Positions 27,194 to 35,900 of a DNA stretch of 64,000 nucleotides are shown piece by piece. Made by a program: the position numbers and the translations under genes. The DNA is from Octopus vulgaris (Eukaryota), in NCBI GenBank assembly GCA_951406725.2, contig OX597834.1, positions 23,374,001-23,438,000 of the forward strand, written 5' to 3'. Numbering within the stretch: the first letter of the stretch is position 1; every line of letters starts with the position of its first letter. Below the pieces are notes generated by a model, which worked only from the letters and a program-made list of their open reading frames with translations, was not told where the DNA came from and did not search any database.

Positions 27194-30064
27194 TGCCATT
27201 CTGTGTCATGATGTTTATCTCTCTCTCTCTCTTCCAGTACATCCCGTTGGATAGTTTTGAAGGCCAGAGTGCCTCAGGACAGATGCTTCCTATCGTATCA
27301 GGTGGCAAGAGCATTCCACTAACATTCCACAACAGAAAGGCCTACACCGAGGCTGCGACCCTCTATCGCTTACATGAGATGGATAAACAGGTATGTATTT
27401 GTATCACGGACTGTGTTGCTGTTTAGACCTTCGTCAGACTGTTGATGTGTTTCTACTTATTTTTCCTGTAGCAGACAGTCAAGAGTCATGCTTTCTTACT
27501 CACCTTTGTATTTTCCACCAGGGTCAAGGGTCTTGTAAAGCATCACAAGTTCTGCACTTTTAATCTTAAGACATACTCTGTGTGTGTGTGTGTGTGTGTG
27601 TGGTAGAATGGCTGTCATGTTTGCAGGAGATGTTGGTTCAGGTCCCATGGACAGCCCTTGACTTTTTGTATTCCAGAGGATTTTTTCAACCTAATATTTA
27701 CACCCTATTATTTCAGGTTGCTGCTGTACGTGAAGGCATGGCTTGGATCATCCCTGTTCCCCTTCTCTCCCTCCTCACTGCCAGAAATCTTGAACAATTG
27801 GTGTGTGGCATGGAACAGGTGTCTATTGATGTCTTGCGTAAAATTGTGAGGTAAGTTTCTATACCTAGTGGTGTTAATGCCACTTGGTCCCTCTCTTGTG
27901 GTAATTACCTGGTTACCATGTCTTCTTTACAGCAGTTAACATCTCATGATGACTGCATCACTGTCACAGTATACCCCTTTTTTAGTCATAGCAACATCCA
28001 TCACATGGTAACAGCAGTCACCATCTATAGTAACCATATGCATTTTTTTAATAATGAGAATTATAATCTTGTAGTAATTAAAAGTAACAATCACAATGTT
28101 ATGACTGACATTACGACAACATCATTACCACCACCACCATCAAGTAGTAACATCAAGTCTGAGTTAAAATGACTAACGAACTAGCTCATTGCCAGAATGG
28201 CTGTGATTGACTTCTGCAACATCATAATTTTGTGACATCTTTTGTCTGTGGCATCCTGAAGTTACAGTCTCTATAACAGGCTGTTATGACATCATGTGTC
28301 TGCAACATTACTCGGCTATAATGTCATATATCAGTGACATTATACACCTATGACATATATTTTGCCATTGCTCACTTATGACATCATATGTCTGTAAATT
28401 TACACCTCTATGACATTAAGCATATGTGACATTATATATACTAATGACATCATAAACCAATGATGTTGATTTACTCATTACCCACCTATCTATTGTACTC
28501 TTATGACTACATGCATATACACTAACAGATGTCAGTGACATCATACACTTATGACATTGCCTTTCTACCATATAGTATTGCTATAACATCACAAATGTAT
28601 GACATCATAAATTGATAACATTGTGGGATTGTGCCACATCACATTTATGACATCATACTTTCATCAGATTGTATTACCATAACATCATACAACTACGATA
28701 TATCTTACTTATGACAGATCTGCACCATTATACATCTGTTACATTCTTTTACATCACACACCTATGACAGCATAAAAGTTATGACATTGTACATTTTACA
28801 TTATGACACATCTAATATTATACTTCTATCAAGGCGGCGAGCTGGCAGAAATGTTAGCATGCTGGGTGAAATGCTTAGCGGTATTTCATCTGTCTTTATG
28901 TTCTGAGTTCAAATTCCACCGAGGTCGACTTTGTCTTACATCCCTTTGGGGCTGATGAATTAAGTACCAGTTGCATACTGGGGTCAATCTAATCGACTGG
29001 CCCCCTCCCCTAAAATTTTGGGCCTTGTGCCTAGAGTAGAGAAGAATATTATACTTCTATCGCATATCTATGACATTCTAAATTATGACATTGTGTAATT
29101 ACACCGGAGCCCATCTGTGACATCACACTTTTATCATATTGTATAGCTATGACATCCTAAACTTATGACATTGTATACTCGCATAACTATGACATCATAG
29201 TTTTCTGATCTTTTTTGTATTTTGAACCTCATCTGTCTGTGTGTCCTTGCTTAGGTACCGTGGTATTGAAGAATCTAGTCCTGTGGTTATGTGGTTCTGG
29301 AAAGTTCTGGAAACATTTGCCAACGAAGAACGCATCCAGTTCCTTCGTTTTGTATCTGGTCGGACACGTTTACCTGCCAACTCTTCAGACATCTCACAGA
29401 GATTCCAGATTATGAACTCGGACAGGGTGAGTATCAGACAGAGGTTTGTGTATGGCAGGGGAATAATGTGCAGGTGTGGTGGTGGGGGTGGAGGAGCTGA
29501 GTTCTATGTAATGGGATATTGTATAGGGTGGGGGATTTATTGGGTGTGGATGGGGGAGGTTTTACTGTGTGTATCTGAGGGTTGGGTATGTGTTACGCAA
29601 TTCTAGATATAATTAGGGTTTTTTGGTGGGGGGTGTAGGAAAGACCAGTGAATATATGGAAGGACTCTACAGACTAATGTAAAGAAAAGGAGCATATCTA
29701 AGAGGGATAGAATATACTATATACATCAGTAGAAGGGGTCCTAATCACTACTTGGTGATATAAAGAAGTAGCTCTTGCTATTTGCATGGGGTTCGGTGGT
29801 GGTGGTGATGGTAATTCAATTCTGTTTACATTTGTCATTTTCTTTTCATATTTTCTCCTCCTCCACGACCACCAGAGTCCTGACAGTCTTCCCACATCTC
29901 AGACTTGCTTCTTCCAACTCCGCCTGCCGATGTACTCAAGCCAGGAGGTGTTAGCAGAGAAACTGCGCTACGCGATCAACAACTGCCGTTCAATTGACAT
30001 GGATAACTATATGCTAACCCGCAACACAGATAATGGACACGGATCTGATGAAGACCTGTGCTAG
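1..30064 (+). CDS. HERC1: HERC1 giant E3 ubiquitin ligase, 3' part (5'-truncated by window): 23 coding exons encoding late WD40 repeats, RLD2 and HECT
   Basis: Exons 1-210, 1608-1719, 3148-3330, 5947-6045, 7222-7401, 8706-8844, 10206-10351, 12033-12224, 12670-12808, 13241-13422, 14986-15141, 16350-16575, 17494-17738, 18310-18540, 18954-19123, 20008-20173, 21502-21578, 24659-24830, 25886-25966, 27238-27390, 27717-27850, 29255-29426, 29876-30064. All introns are GT-AG and phases join in frame. RCC1 repeats ([12 protein letters not shown]), HECT motifs ([21 protein letters not shown]) and the C-terminus [32 protein letters not shown] match HERC1 as recalled. Confidence 0.96.
1608..1719 (+). CDS. 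HERC1: HERC1 exon
   Basis: tttcag acceptor; [11 protein letters not shown]...EELSE; donor GTAATC. Confidence 0.85.
3148..3330 (+). CDS. HERC1: HERC1 exon (WD40 repeat)
   Basis: [33 protein letters not shown]; donor GTGAGT. Confidence 0.92.
4560..4817. repeat. Long inverted repeat (foldback), 119-nt arms with 20-nt loop
   Basis: 4560-4678 is the reverse complement of 4699-4817 with 11 differences by manual comparison. Confidence 0.9.
4939..5516. mobile_element. Mariner-type MITE with TIRs, TA-flanked, carrying a nested Helitron
   Basis: TA-TGAGGGTGGTGCTGAAAAGTTCCTGGCTTT ... AAAGTCAGAAACTTTTCGGCACCCCCCCTCA-TA; related uninterrupted partial copy at 9597-9770. Confidence 0.75.
5018..5381 (-). 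mobile_element. Non-autonomous Helitron
   Basis: On the minus strand it starts TC, ends with a GC-rich hairpin and CTAG, and sits between A and T with no TSD; absent from the paralogous MITE at ~9670. Confidence 0.75.
5947..6045 (+). CDS. HERC1: HERC1 exon (not in ORF track)
   Basis: ttccag acceptor; [33 protein letters not shown]; donor GTAGGG; 99 nt, phase 0/0. Confidence 0.88.
7222..7401 (+). CDS. HERC1: HERC1 exon
   Basis: DVFIFH...LQEQYLYEK; donor GTAAGA. Confidence 0.92.
7925..7977. repeat. Perfect 26-bp palindrome with 1-nt spacer
   Basis: GTACAGAACCAATATACATTCTACAA-T-TTGTAGAATGTATATTGGTTCTGTAC. Confidence 0.95.
8043..8350. repeat. Compound (CA)n/(TA)n microsatellite and ATATGTATATATACATATGTGT-type minisatellite
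   Basis: Direct inspection. Confidence 0.9.
8706..8844 (+). CDS. HERC1: HERC1 exon
   Basis: [21 protein letters not shown]...PPHH; donor GTAAAC. Confidence 0.9.
9090..9408 (+). mobile_element. Interspersed retroelement 3' segment (SINE/RTE-LINE tail) ending in (GAT)n
   Basis: GCCGGTGGCACGTAAAA...GCATGGAAAGCGGACG..GATGATGAT; related copies at ~11190-11470, 24110-24285, 62660-63010. Confidence 0.7.
10206..10351 (+). CDS. HERC1: HERC1 exon
   Basis: [19 protein letters not shown]...EDNP; donor GTAAGA. Confidence 0.9.
10424..11799 (-). mobile_element. Degenerate Tc1 DNA transposon with both TIRs, internally deleted and interrupted by a retroelement
   Basis: TIR CAGGGGTTGGACAAAATAATGGAATCACCT at 10424 and its reverse complement at 11770-11799; minus-strand transposase remnant [15 protein letters not shown] (10476-10817). 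Confidence 0.85.
12033..12224 (+). CDS. HERC1: HERC1 exon (start of RLD2)
   Basis: [27 protein letters not shown]; donor GTAAGG. Confidence 0.93.
12670..12808 (+). CDS. HERC1: HERC1 exon (RCC1 repeat)
   Basis: IICGQNSTF...[15 protein letters not shown]. Confidence 0.95.
13241..13422 (+). CDS. HERC1: HERC1 exon (RCC1 repeat)
   Basis: [47 protein letters not shown]. Confidence 0.95.
13600..14075. repeat. Degenerate tandem array (about 4 copies) of a ~110-140 bp SINE-like fragment
   Basis: Recurring GTTGTTTAACCCCAGGTCAG...TATCTA(A/G)GACTACATTAT units. Confidence 0.6.
14986..15141 (+). CDS. HERC1: HERC1 exon (RCC1 repeat)
   Basis: [11 protein letters not shown]...[12 protein letters not shown]; donor GTAAGT. 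Confidence 0.95.
16350..16575 (+). CDS. HERC1: HERC1 exon (RCC1 repeats)
   Basis: [10 protein letters not shown]...[12 protein letters not shown]...VFSWGQ. Confidence 0.95.
17494..17738 (+). CDS. HERC1: HERC1 exon (RCC1 repeat)
   Basis: DRFIGLPE...[12 protein letters not shown]...GKNIRQ; donor GTATGT. Confidence 0.95.
18310..18540 (+). CDS. HERC1: HERC1 exon
   Basis: [15 protein letters not shown]...[10 protein letters not shown]; donor GTAAGT. Confidence 0.95.
18954..19123 (+). CDS. HERC1: HERC1 exon
   Basis: [29 protein letters not shown]; donor GTGAGT. Confidence 0.95.
20008..20173 (+). CDS. HERC1: HERC1 exon (HECT start)
   Basis: [33 protein letters not shown]. Confidence 0.95.
21502..21578 (+). 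CDS. HERC1: HERC1 exon (HECT; not in ORF track)
   Basis: [25 protein letters not shown]; donor GTAAGA. Confidence 0.92.
22807..23150 (-). mobile_element. Helitron-like fragment with ~142-bp internal tandem duplication
   Basis: 22807-22947 duplicated at 22953-23095, then (CAGA)n and TTTTATATATATAGAT, like the end of the 5018-5381 element. Confidence 0.5.
24659..24830 (+). CDS. HERC1: HERC1 exon (HECT)
   Basis: FLLNP...[23 protein letters not shown]...DLEE. Confidence 0.95.
25886..25966 (+). CDS. HERC1: HERC1 exon (HECT)
   Basis: [27 protein letters not shown]; donor GTATGT. Confidence 0.92.
26541..27147 (-). mobile_element. Internally deleted mariner element
   Basis: Imperfect TIRs TACAAGGGAAAGTCAAAAATTAT / ATAACTTCTAACTTCCCCTTGTG; transposase remnant [20 protein letters not shown]. 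Confidence 0.7.
27238..27390 (+). CDS. HERC1: HERC1 exon (HECT)
   Basis: [14 protein letters not shown]...YRLHEMDKQ. Confidence 0.95.
27717..27850 (+). CDS. HERC1: HERC1 exon (HECT)
   Basis: [21 protein letters not shown]...LEQLVCG. Confidence 0.95.
28080..29200. repeat. Degenerate minisatellite-like region rich in TATGACATCAT, interrupted by a SINE at ~28830-29045
   Basis: Many (A)TGACAT(C/T)A copies at ~20-40 nt spacing. Confidence 0.7.
28830..29045 (+). mobile_element. tRNA-derived SINE (Octopus OK/OR-like family)
   Basis: Head AGGCGGCGAGCTGGCAGAA with B-box GAGTTCAAATTCC; flanked by repeated AATATTATACTTCTATC (target-site duplication); same family at ~30960, 38311, 40300, 58830, 61923. 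Confidence 0.75.
29255..29426 (+). CDS. HERC1: HERC1 exon (HECT C-lobe)
   Basis: [30 protein letters not shown]. Confidence 0.95.
29876..30064 (+). CDS. HERC1: HERC1 last coding exon with catalytic Cys
   Basis: [17 protein letters not shown]...SIDMDNYML...stop TAG. Confidence 0.95.
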   Translation, partial: SPDSLPTSQTCFFQLRLPMYSSQEVLAEKLRYAINNCRSIDMDNYMLTRNTDNGHGSDEDLC

Positions 30065-30203
30065 CTTCTAGACTGCTCCATTGTAATTTTTGCCAGCTAT
30101 GAGGCTTTGGCGACTACAGTCGTTAAGCCTCTATCTCCTCTCCCTGTGTCTCAACGGTGCTTAGTGTCATCTCTAGATGCTATCATTGTACAATCTGCAA
30201 TTT

Positions 30204-30209
30204 AATAAA
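30204..30209 (+). terminator. Candidate HERC1 polyadenylation signal
   Basis: AATAAA ~140 nt after the stop, followed by a U-rich tract; usage not verifiable. Confidence 0.4.
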
Positions 30210-31749
30210 CTATTTATACCATCAGCTATTCAGCAATTTATTTTCTCTCCTTATCCTTTTATATGTTTCTGCTGTCTTGTATCTTCTTATAACAATGTAA
30301 GCAAATGTGTTTCTATGTATGTATATATATATGTATATACACACACACATTTTTTTCATGCCTATATCCAACATTCCCACTATTTTCCCTATTTAGGTTC
30401 AGATTTAAGTAACTGTAACGTCTTTTCTTTACAGACATTTTCTGAACTTTATTAAATTTTAAATATTAAACCCAGCTCTATCAAATATCTGCTTCTTAGA
30501 CTTTCTTACAAGACATCACCTGATGATATCCTTACATAATAAGAAAGACACTCCACACCTGTGTCAAACAAGGCGACATGTCTTTGCAAGCTGTTACCTC
30601 TTGATATCTAGCTGTCCTTCTACAAAAGTATTTTCTTTTCCTTCTTTCATAACATTGCAAACAGTTATGAATTATGATGAAGTCTGTAAACTTTATTGAG
30701 GAATCTCCTACACATTTTTAAGGCCTTATGCAGTTCTCTGTTGAATTTCTGGGATGTGAGATGGCGTCTGTATGGACATCAAGTACTTTTTTGCTGAGTA
30801 TGGCTGCAGATCCTCTTGCTGGTCTACCTTTGGCTGTCAGTGCCACAGTGTGCCAGACAGCAACTCTGTATTGTTTCTAATAATCCTGTCAACTCAATCA
30901 AAAACACTGTCTTCACACCTTTTACATCACCTTTAAGGTATTTTATTATCACCAACCCCAAGGTGGTGAACTGGCAGAATCGTTAGCATACTAGACAGAA
31001 TACTTAGTGGTATTTCACCCATCACTACGTTCTGAGTTCAAATTCCACCAAGGTCGATTCTGCCTTTATCCTTTCAGGGTCGATAAATTAAGCACCAGTG
31101 AAACACTGGGTGGTGGTGGGGTGATGCAATCGACTTAATCCCCTCCCACAAGCTGCCCTTGTGGCCAAAATTTGAAATCATTATCATCAACCCCTTGACA
31201 TTGTTGTTTGAGCTCCAGAACTCATAGAGGCCGGTTACCTGGTTTGCATGTGGTAGAAATGACAGATCACAATCGGCCCTTCCCCTTGATGAGACACCAG
31301 TCTGTTGCAGGTTTACTTATTTGCAACTGGACGAACTGGAGCCACATGAAATGAAGTGTTTTGCTCTAGAACACAACACACCACCCAGTCTAGGAATTGA
31401 ACCCATAATCTTGCCATCATTAGTGCAACACCCTAAACACTACGCCACATTTAGCAAACAAGAAATTTGTAAATAATTTGTTTTAAGCTTGGGCTGTTAT
31501 ACCTTGTGTAACCCCTAAAAATATTTGAGCTGCTGAAAGTGGGGCTACTGAGTTGGATGGCAAACTGACAATGTTGAAGATACTAAGGTATTCTGCATTG
31601 TACCTGCACTTAATGGCATGGAATAGGCAAACGTCTTTCTTTTGAACAGTTTCAATCATTGCTTTATTTGTCAGTATTCTCATCTCCTCACTAACAACAT
31701 GCAATTGTTCTGTTGTTGCTCTATTAATGGGAGAAGACACTTTATAATG

Positions 31750-32630
31750 TCTTTAATTCCGTATTCATTATGTCAACAAATACTTTGCTGTCCTATCCGT
31801 AAAGGAAGAAGCAGGGCAGATACTAATAATTACAGGCCTAACTCTTTAACCTCACATGTCAGCAAAGTCATGGAAGGAAATTTGTCAGCAGGAAGCTAGA
31901 AGATAATTAGTTGTTCCCTGACACTCAGCATAGTTTCTACTCAGGAAGAAGCGGCCTTACACAACTTTTGCAGCATTTTGACTGAGTGTTGAAACAACTT
32001 AGAAATTGCTCAAATGTGAATGGATCTCAATGTTGCAAAAGCCTTTGATAAGGTTGATCATAAATGATTTTTAGAAAACTGTCTTTACAAAACTGTGAGA
32101 ATGGTTACATGACTTCTTAAAAGACAGAAAGTAGGCTGTGGCAGACAATGGGGCCCTCTCTAAGGAGACAATAGCAAATGGAGTGCATCAGGGAACTGTC
32201 TTGGGACTGCTGCTGTTTGTGGTGCCCCCCTCAGATATGCTATCAATTACACAGGCAGTCAATCTTATATGTCATCAACACAAAAGTAACAGAAGCAGTC
32301 AAGGACCGTATTGATATTAATCTTCTATAGAAAGATTGAGATGCTATATATATATATATATATATATAAATGAACTGAAGAAAACAATATGCTACTTAAT
32401 GCAGGAACACTCAAAGACCTCCGTTATCAGCTGGCTTGAGCTAACGCCACAGCAAAAATACTTTGAACGAAAAGAAGCAGCAATCTTCTGGTGTCAAACA
32501 GTTTGATTCAGGGGTTGATATGAGCAACGATGCCTCGTTTCATGTACCTATCACCGAGATGATAACAAAATATAGGAGAATAGCCAGATGAATTCTGAGA
32601 ATTTTCAGAACAAGGGACCAGGAAACTATG
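31750..32630 (+). mobile_element. Degenerate non-LTR retrotransposon reverse transcriptase remnant (CR1/L2/Jockey-like)
   Basis: NYRPNSLTSHVSKVME, AKAFDKVDH and GVHQGTVLG-like RT motifs broken by stops and frameshifts. Confidence 0.75.
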
Positions 32631-33661
32631 CTGGCTGAAACACAACAGTTATTTATAAAATACTGATAGTCACTCTCGTCAATTTCCACGTGTTTGAAGA
32701 AATGGATAAGGATAAGAAGAAAAGAAAAACTGCATCAATACACATCTAATATAAATAATAATACATAGAAAGATCATATATAGCATAAGTGTGCTGTGTT
32801 AATCTTTCTCTCAATCAAATCTGTTTTACCTCAGTTATCTCCCTTGCCTCACTTCACAATATGTTTAACGTTTTTTTTTTTTTTTCGGTAAATTTTTAAA
32901 TGCCTGCTTTAAAATCCTGCAAAACAGCAATATTTAGGACTCCTTGTTTCGATACAATCTCTGTAGCTACAATAACACCACAAAGTTACTGACAGAAAGA
33001 CTACCAGAGGGTTTTAGAATTTATTAAACATATTTCTCAAAAAAAAAAAAAATCAAATCCAGTCACGTTTTAGGTTGGTGTGTGTTGTAACCTGGAAAAT
33101 CATAAGAATCCCTAAAATAACGATTTCCATAAAATGAAGGCTTCACTTAGTTTCTCCGGAAATTTTCCCTTTGTGTGTATGTGTATATTTGCATAACAAC
33201 TAGTACCAACCGTCTGACAACTGATTTGAAACCGAATCTTTGTGTTCACTATTGTCTTTCTTGATGTTTGTCTGTGTGCGTGCATGTGTACATATGCCTT
33301 TTCTCTCTCTATTGCCAGCTTCTAAGACTCGTATTTCATTCCATATCGTACTTGCTAGGCAAGTGGTTTGATTCTGAAAACCATTTGCTGAAAACGAAAA
33401 CAATTTCTGCGTGGAGGACATATTAGTCATTAAAAAACACAGCAAAACTGTTAACTTAAACATTCATTCCTTGGTTGAAGTTAACAGTTTTTCGTGTGTT
33501 AGTTTCTTTCTTTTTTTTTTTTTTTATTTGCAATGGCTAATGGGTCTTCCACGCTATAATTGTTTCATCGTGTTTATATATAAATATCCAGGGTAAAACA
33601 AATCTTACAGGGGACTTTATTTAATAAGACACCGGTTTCACTATTCGGTGTTGAGTGAAAC

Positions 33662-35071
33662 ATGGAGAGGAATGAACAAACTGCAGATGATTGTCTCCCA
33701 CCTCAAATTAAATTGAATAGTGAAGTTCTGGAATACCTGAAGACAGAATCTCTGAATTTCCCCAAGTCTACTGAAAGTGACAGAGACAGATGTGAGAAAG
33801 AAATTTGTCGTATACTCTCTCTTCTTCCAATCCCGCCTCTCTTTACTGTCGTACGTGTAAACACCCTCCAACAGGACCCCGAATCTCTACTCGCCCTCCT
33901 CAAAGAACAGTTGATAGACAACCACAGAAAAAGAGCCGTGCAACTGGCTGAGCCTTTCTTCCACCCTCTCATGCCCGATGTTGTGATAATACCTAATGCC
34001 GGGCCAGTTCAGTCGATCGAGAGACGAGAAGACCAAATAGTTGTTGACCACATGTGTGGTATGTCGGTACTAAGGGGATCTGAAGTGTTCGTTCAGGGGA
34101 TCATTGGTGCTCCTTTGGATATGACTCGTGGGGACATTGTTTCGCTGTATGTCGATATGGAAGGATCTTGTCTTCGCGGACAAACACAGCCTTTGAAGGG
34201 GGAGAAAATTTTTCTCGGGAACGGCGTTGCCCTCGTCAGTCGCAATCAGATCTTCCGCGACTCGTCGCCCGATCATGTATTATCAGGAGTCGGTGTAACG
34301 GTAACGAATGCTCTGTATTCAGCTCCAAGACTTGACAATTTAACCTCAGATTTGATATTTGCCCAAAATCTTCCCTCGGCCGTTTGTAGCTACGTGCTGA
34401 ACCCTCAGCCAAACGATACTGTCCTCGATATGTGTGCCGCTCCAGGGGGCAAAACCACTCATATTGCCACACTGATGAGAAACAAAGGCCGCCTGGTGGC
34501 GATAGATCGCACTAAACTCAAAGTAGAGCGCCTAACCTCTTTAGTGTCTTGCTGGGGTCTAACATGTGTTGAGGTTTATACATTTGATTCCACAAAATCA
34601 CTTCAAGATTCAGCTGAAGCAACCAAAGGTCCTCCCTACCCTCCGGGAACCTTTGACCGGATTCTGCTTGATGCTCCGTGCAGTGCTCTCGGCCAGAGAC
34701 CGTCGTGTTGTAACAAAATGGGTTTATCGTGGCTGAAGTCTTTCCCCATGTATCAACGTAAACTACTTCGACAAGCCGTCGGACTGTTAAAAGTCGGTGG
34801 TACTTTGGTATACAGTACTTGCACCATAACTTTAGCAGAAAATGAAGAACAAGTGGCTTGGGTTCTGGCTACCTTCCCTCAGCTCGTCCTCACTGCACAG
34901 GAGCCTCATATTGGAGATACTGGTTTAGTAGGTTCTTCCCTATCACCAGAACATCTGAAGTTAGTTCATCGGTTTAAACCAGACGTTTCAGGTGATAGCA
35001 AAGACGCCTTTAACAGAGACACAATCGGGTTTTTTATTGCCAAATTCATTAAAGTGGAAAATGTCAAATAA
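33662..35071 (+). CDS. NSUN6: tRNA (cytosine(72)-C5)-methyltransferase NSUN6, single-exon CDS
   Basis: 469-aa uninterrupted ORF. VRVN N-terminal motif, PUA domain (SVLRGSEVFVQGI), QNLPS, motif I DMCAAPGGKT, motif IV DAPCS, motif VI YSTCT, C-terminal DTIGFFIAKF. Confidence 0.95.
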   Translation: MERNEQTADDCLPPQIKLNSEVLEYLKTESLNFPKSTESDRDRCEKEICRILSLLPIPPLFTVVRVNTLQQDPESLLALLKEQLIDNHRKRAVQLAEPFFHPLMPDVVIIPNAGPVQSIERREDQIVVDHMCGMSVLRGSEVFVQGIIGAPLDMTRGDIVSLYVDMEGSCLRGQTQPLKGEKIFLGNGVALVSRNQIFRDSSPDHVLSGVGVTVTNALYSAPRLDNLTSDLIFAQNLPSAVCSYVLNPQPNDTVLDMCAAPGGKTTHIATLMRNKGRLVAIDRTKLKVERLTSLVSCWGLTCVEVYTFDSTKSLQDSAEATKGPPYPPGTFDRILLDAPCSALGQRPSCCNKMGLSWLKSFPMYQRKLLRQAVGLLKVGGTLVYSTCTITLAENEEQVAWVLATFPQLVLTAQEPHIGDTGLVGSSLSPEHLKLVHRFKPDVSGDSKDAFNRDTIGFFIAKFIKVENVK

Positions 35072-35414
35072 TCCGAGAATTTAATTGCTTGGACTAATTA
35101 ATATCATCTTTAGAAATGAAATATTTCAAATATATGTATATTTACGTCTACATCAAAACCTGTCACGTTCAGAACCCAAAGAAGTAAATGACCAGAGATG
35201 CCTGGAGGATTAATTCACTCAGATATACAAGTGGTGTGAAACTTTTGTTTATATATTTAAGGGACGCAACGTATTAACTGCAATAAGGCCGCCTCAAAGA
35301 AAACTTTATTAAAATATACAGGGAAAGGTAATTACTTGTCAAAAATCCCAAGCCAGAATGAAACCTGGACATTAAAAGATGATGTTATATATATATATAT
35401 ATATATACACATAC

Positions 35415-35900
35415 ATACAGTATTAATCATCCCATAATGCAGTTTTTTCAATTACATGAACTAAAAGTGAGAGTGGGGTAGCATAAACTACCAGCAGCAA
35501 CTTGCTATAAAAGCAGGTAGTAATTTTACCTTGTACTGATTCTTGGTGCAAATTTTGAAGAGTGCTGTACGATTTTAGCAGTTATTTTTTCAAAGCTATA
35601 ATGGAAGTAACAAAGGAGCATATTTGGCATATTTTGCTTTATGAGTTCAATAATGGTAACAACGCAACGAAGAATGCAAGGAATATTAATGCAGTATATG
35701 GGACCTAACAATAAGTGTAAGCCAGTGTCAAAAATTCTGATCTGGAAACTACAGCCTAGAAGACGAGCCTCATCCTGTAGAGCTTGATGAAGACGTCCTG
35801 CAAACCCTGGTGGAACAAAATCCCATTGTAACTGTTGAGAAACTGGCAGAGAAGCTTGGATTTGGTCAGTCAACCATTCATCAACACCTGCATGCCATTG
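35415..35900 (+). mobile_element. Mariner transposase 5' remnant
   Basis: ATG at 35601 MEVTKEHIWHILLYEFNNGNNATKNARNINAVYG, then frameshifted LDEDVLQTLVEQNPIVTVEKLAEKLGFG HTH region. Confidence 0.75.
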
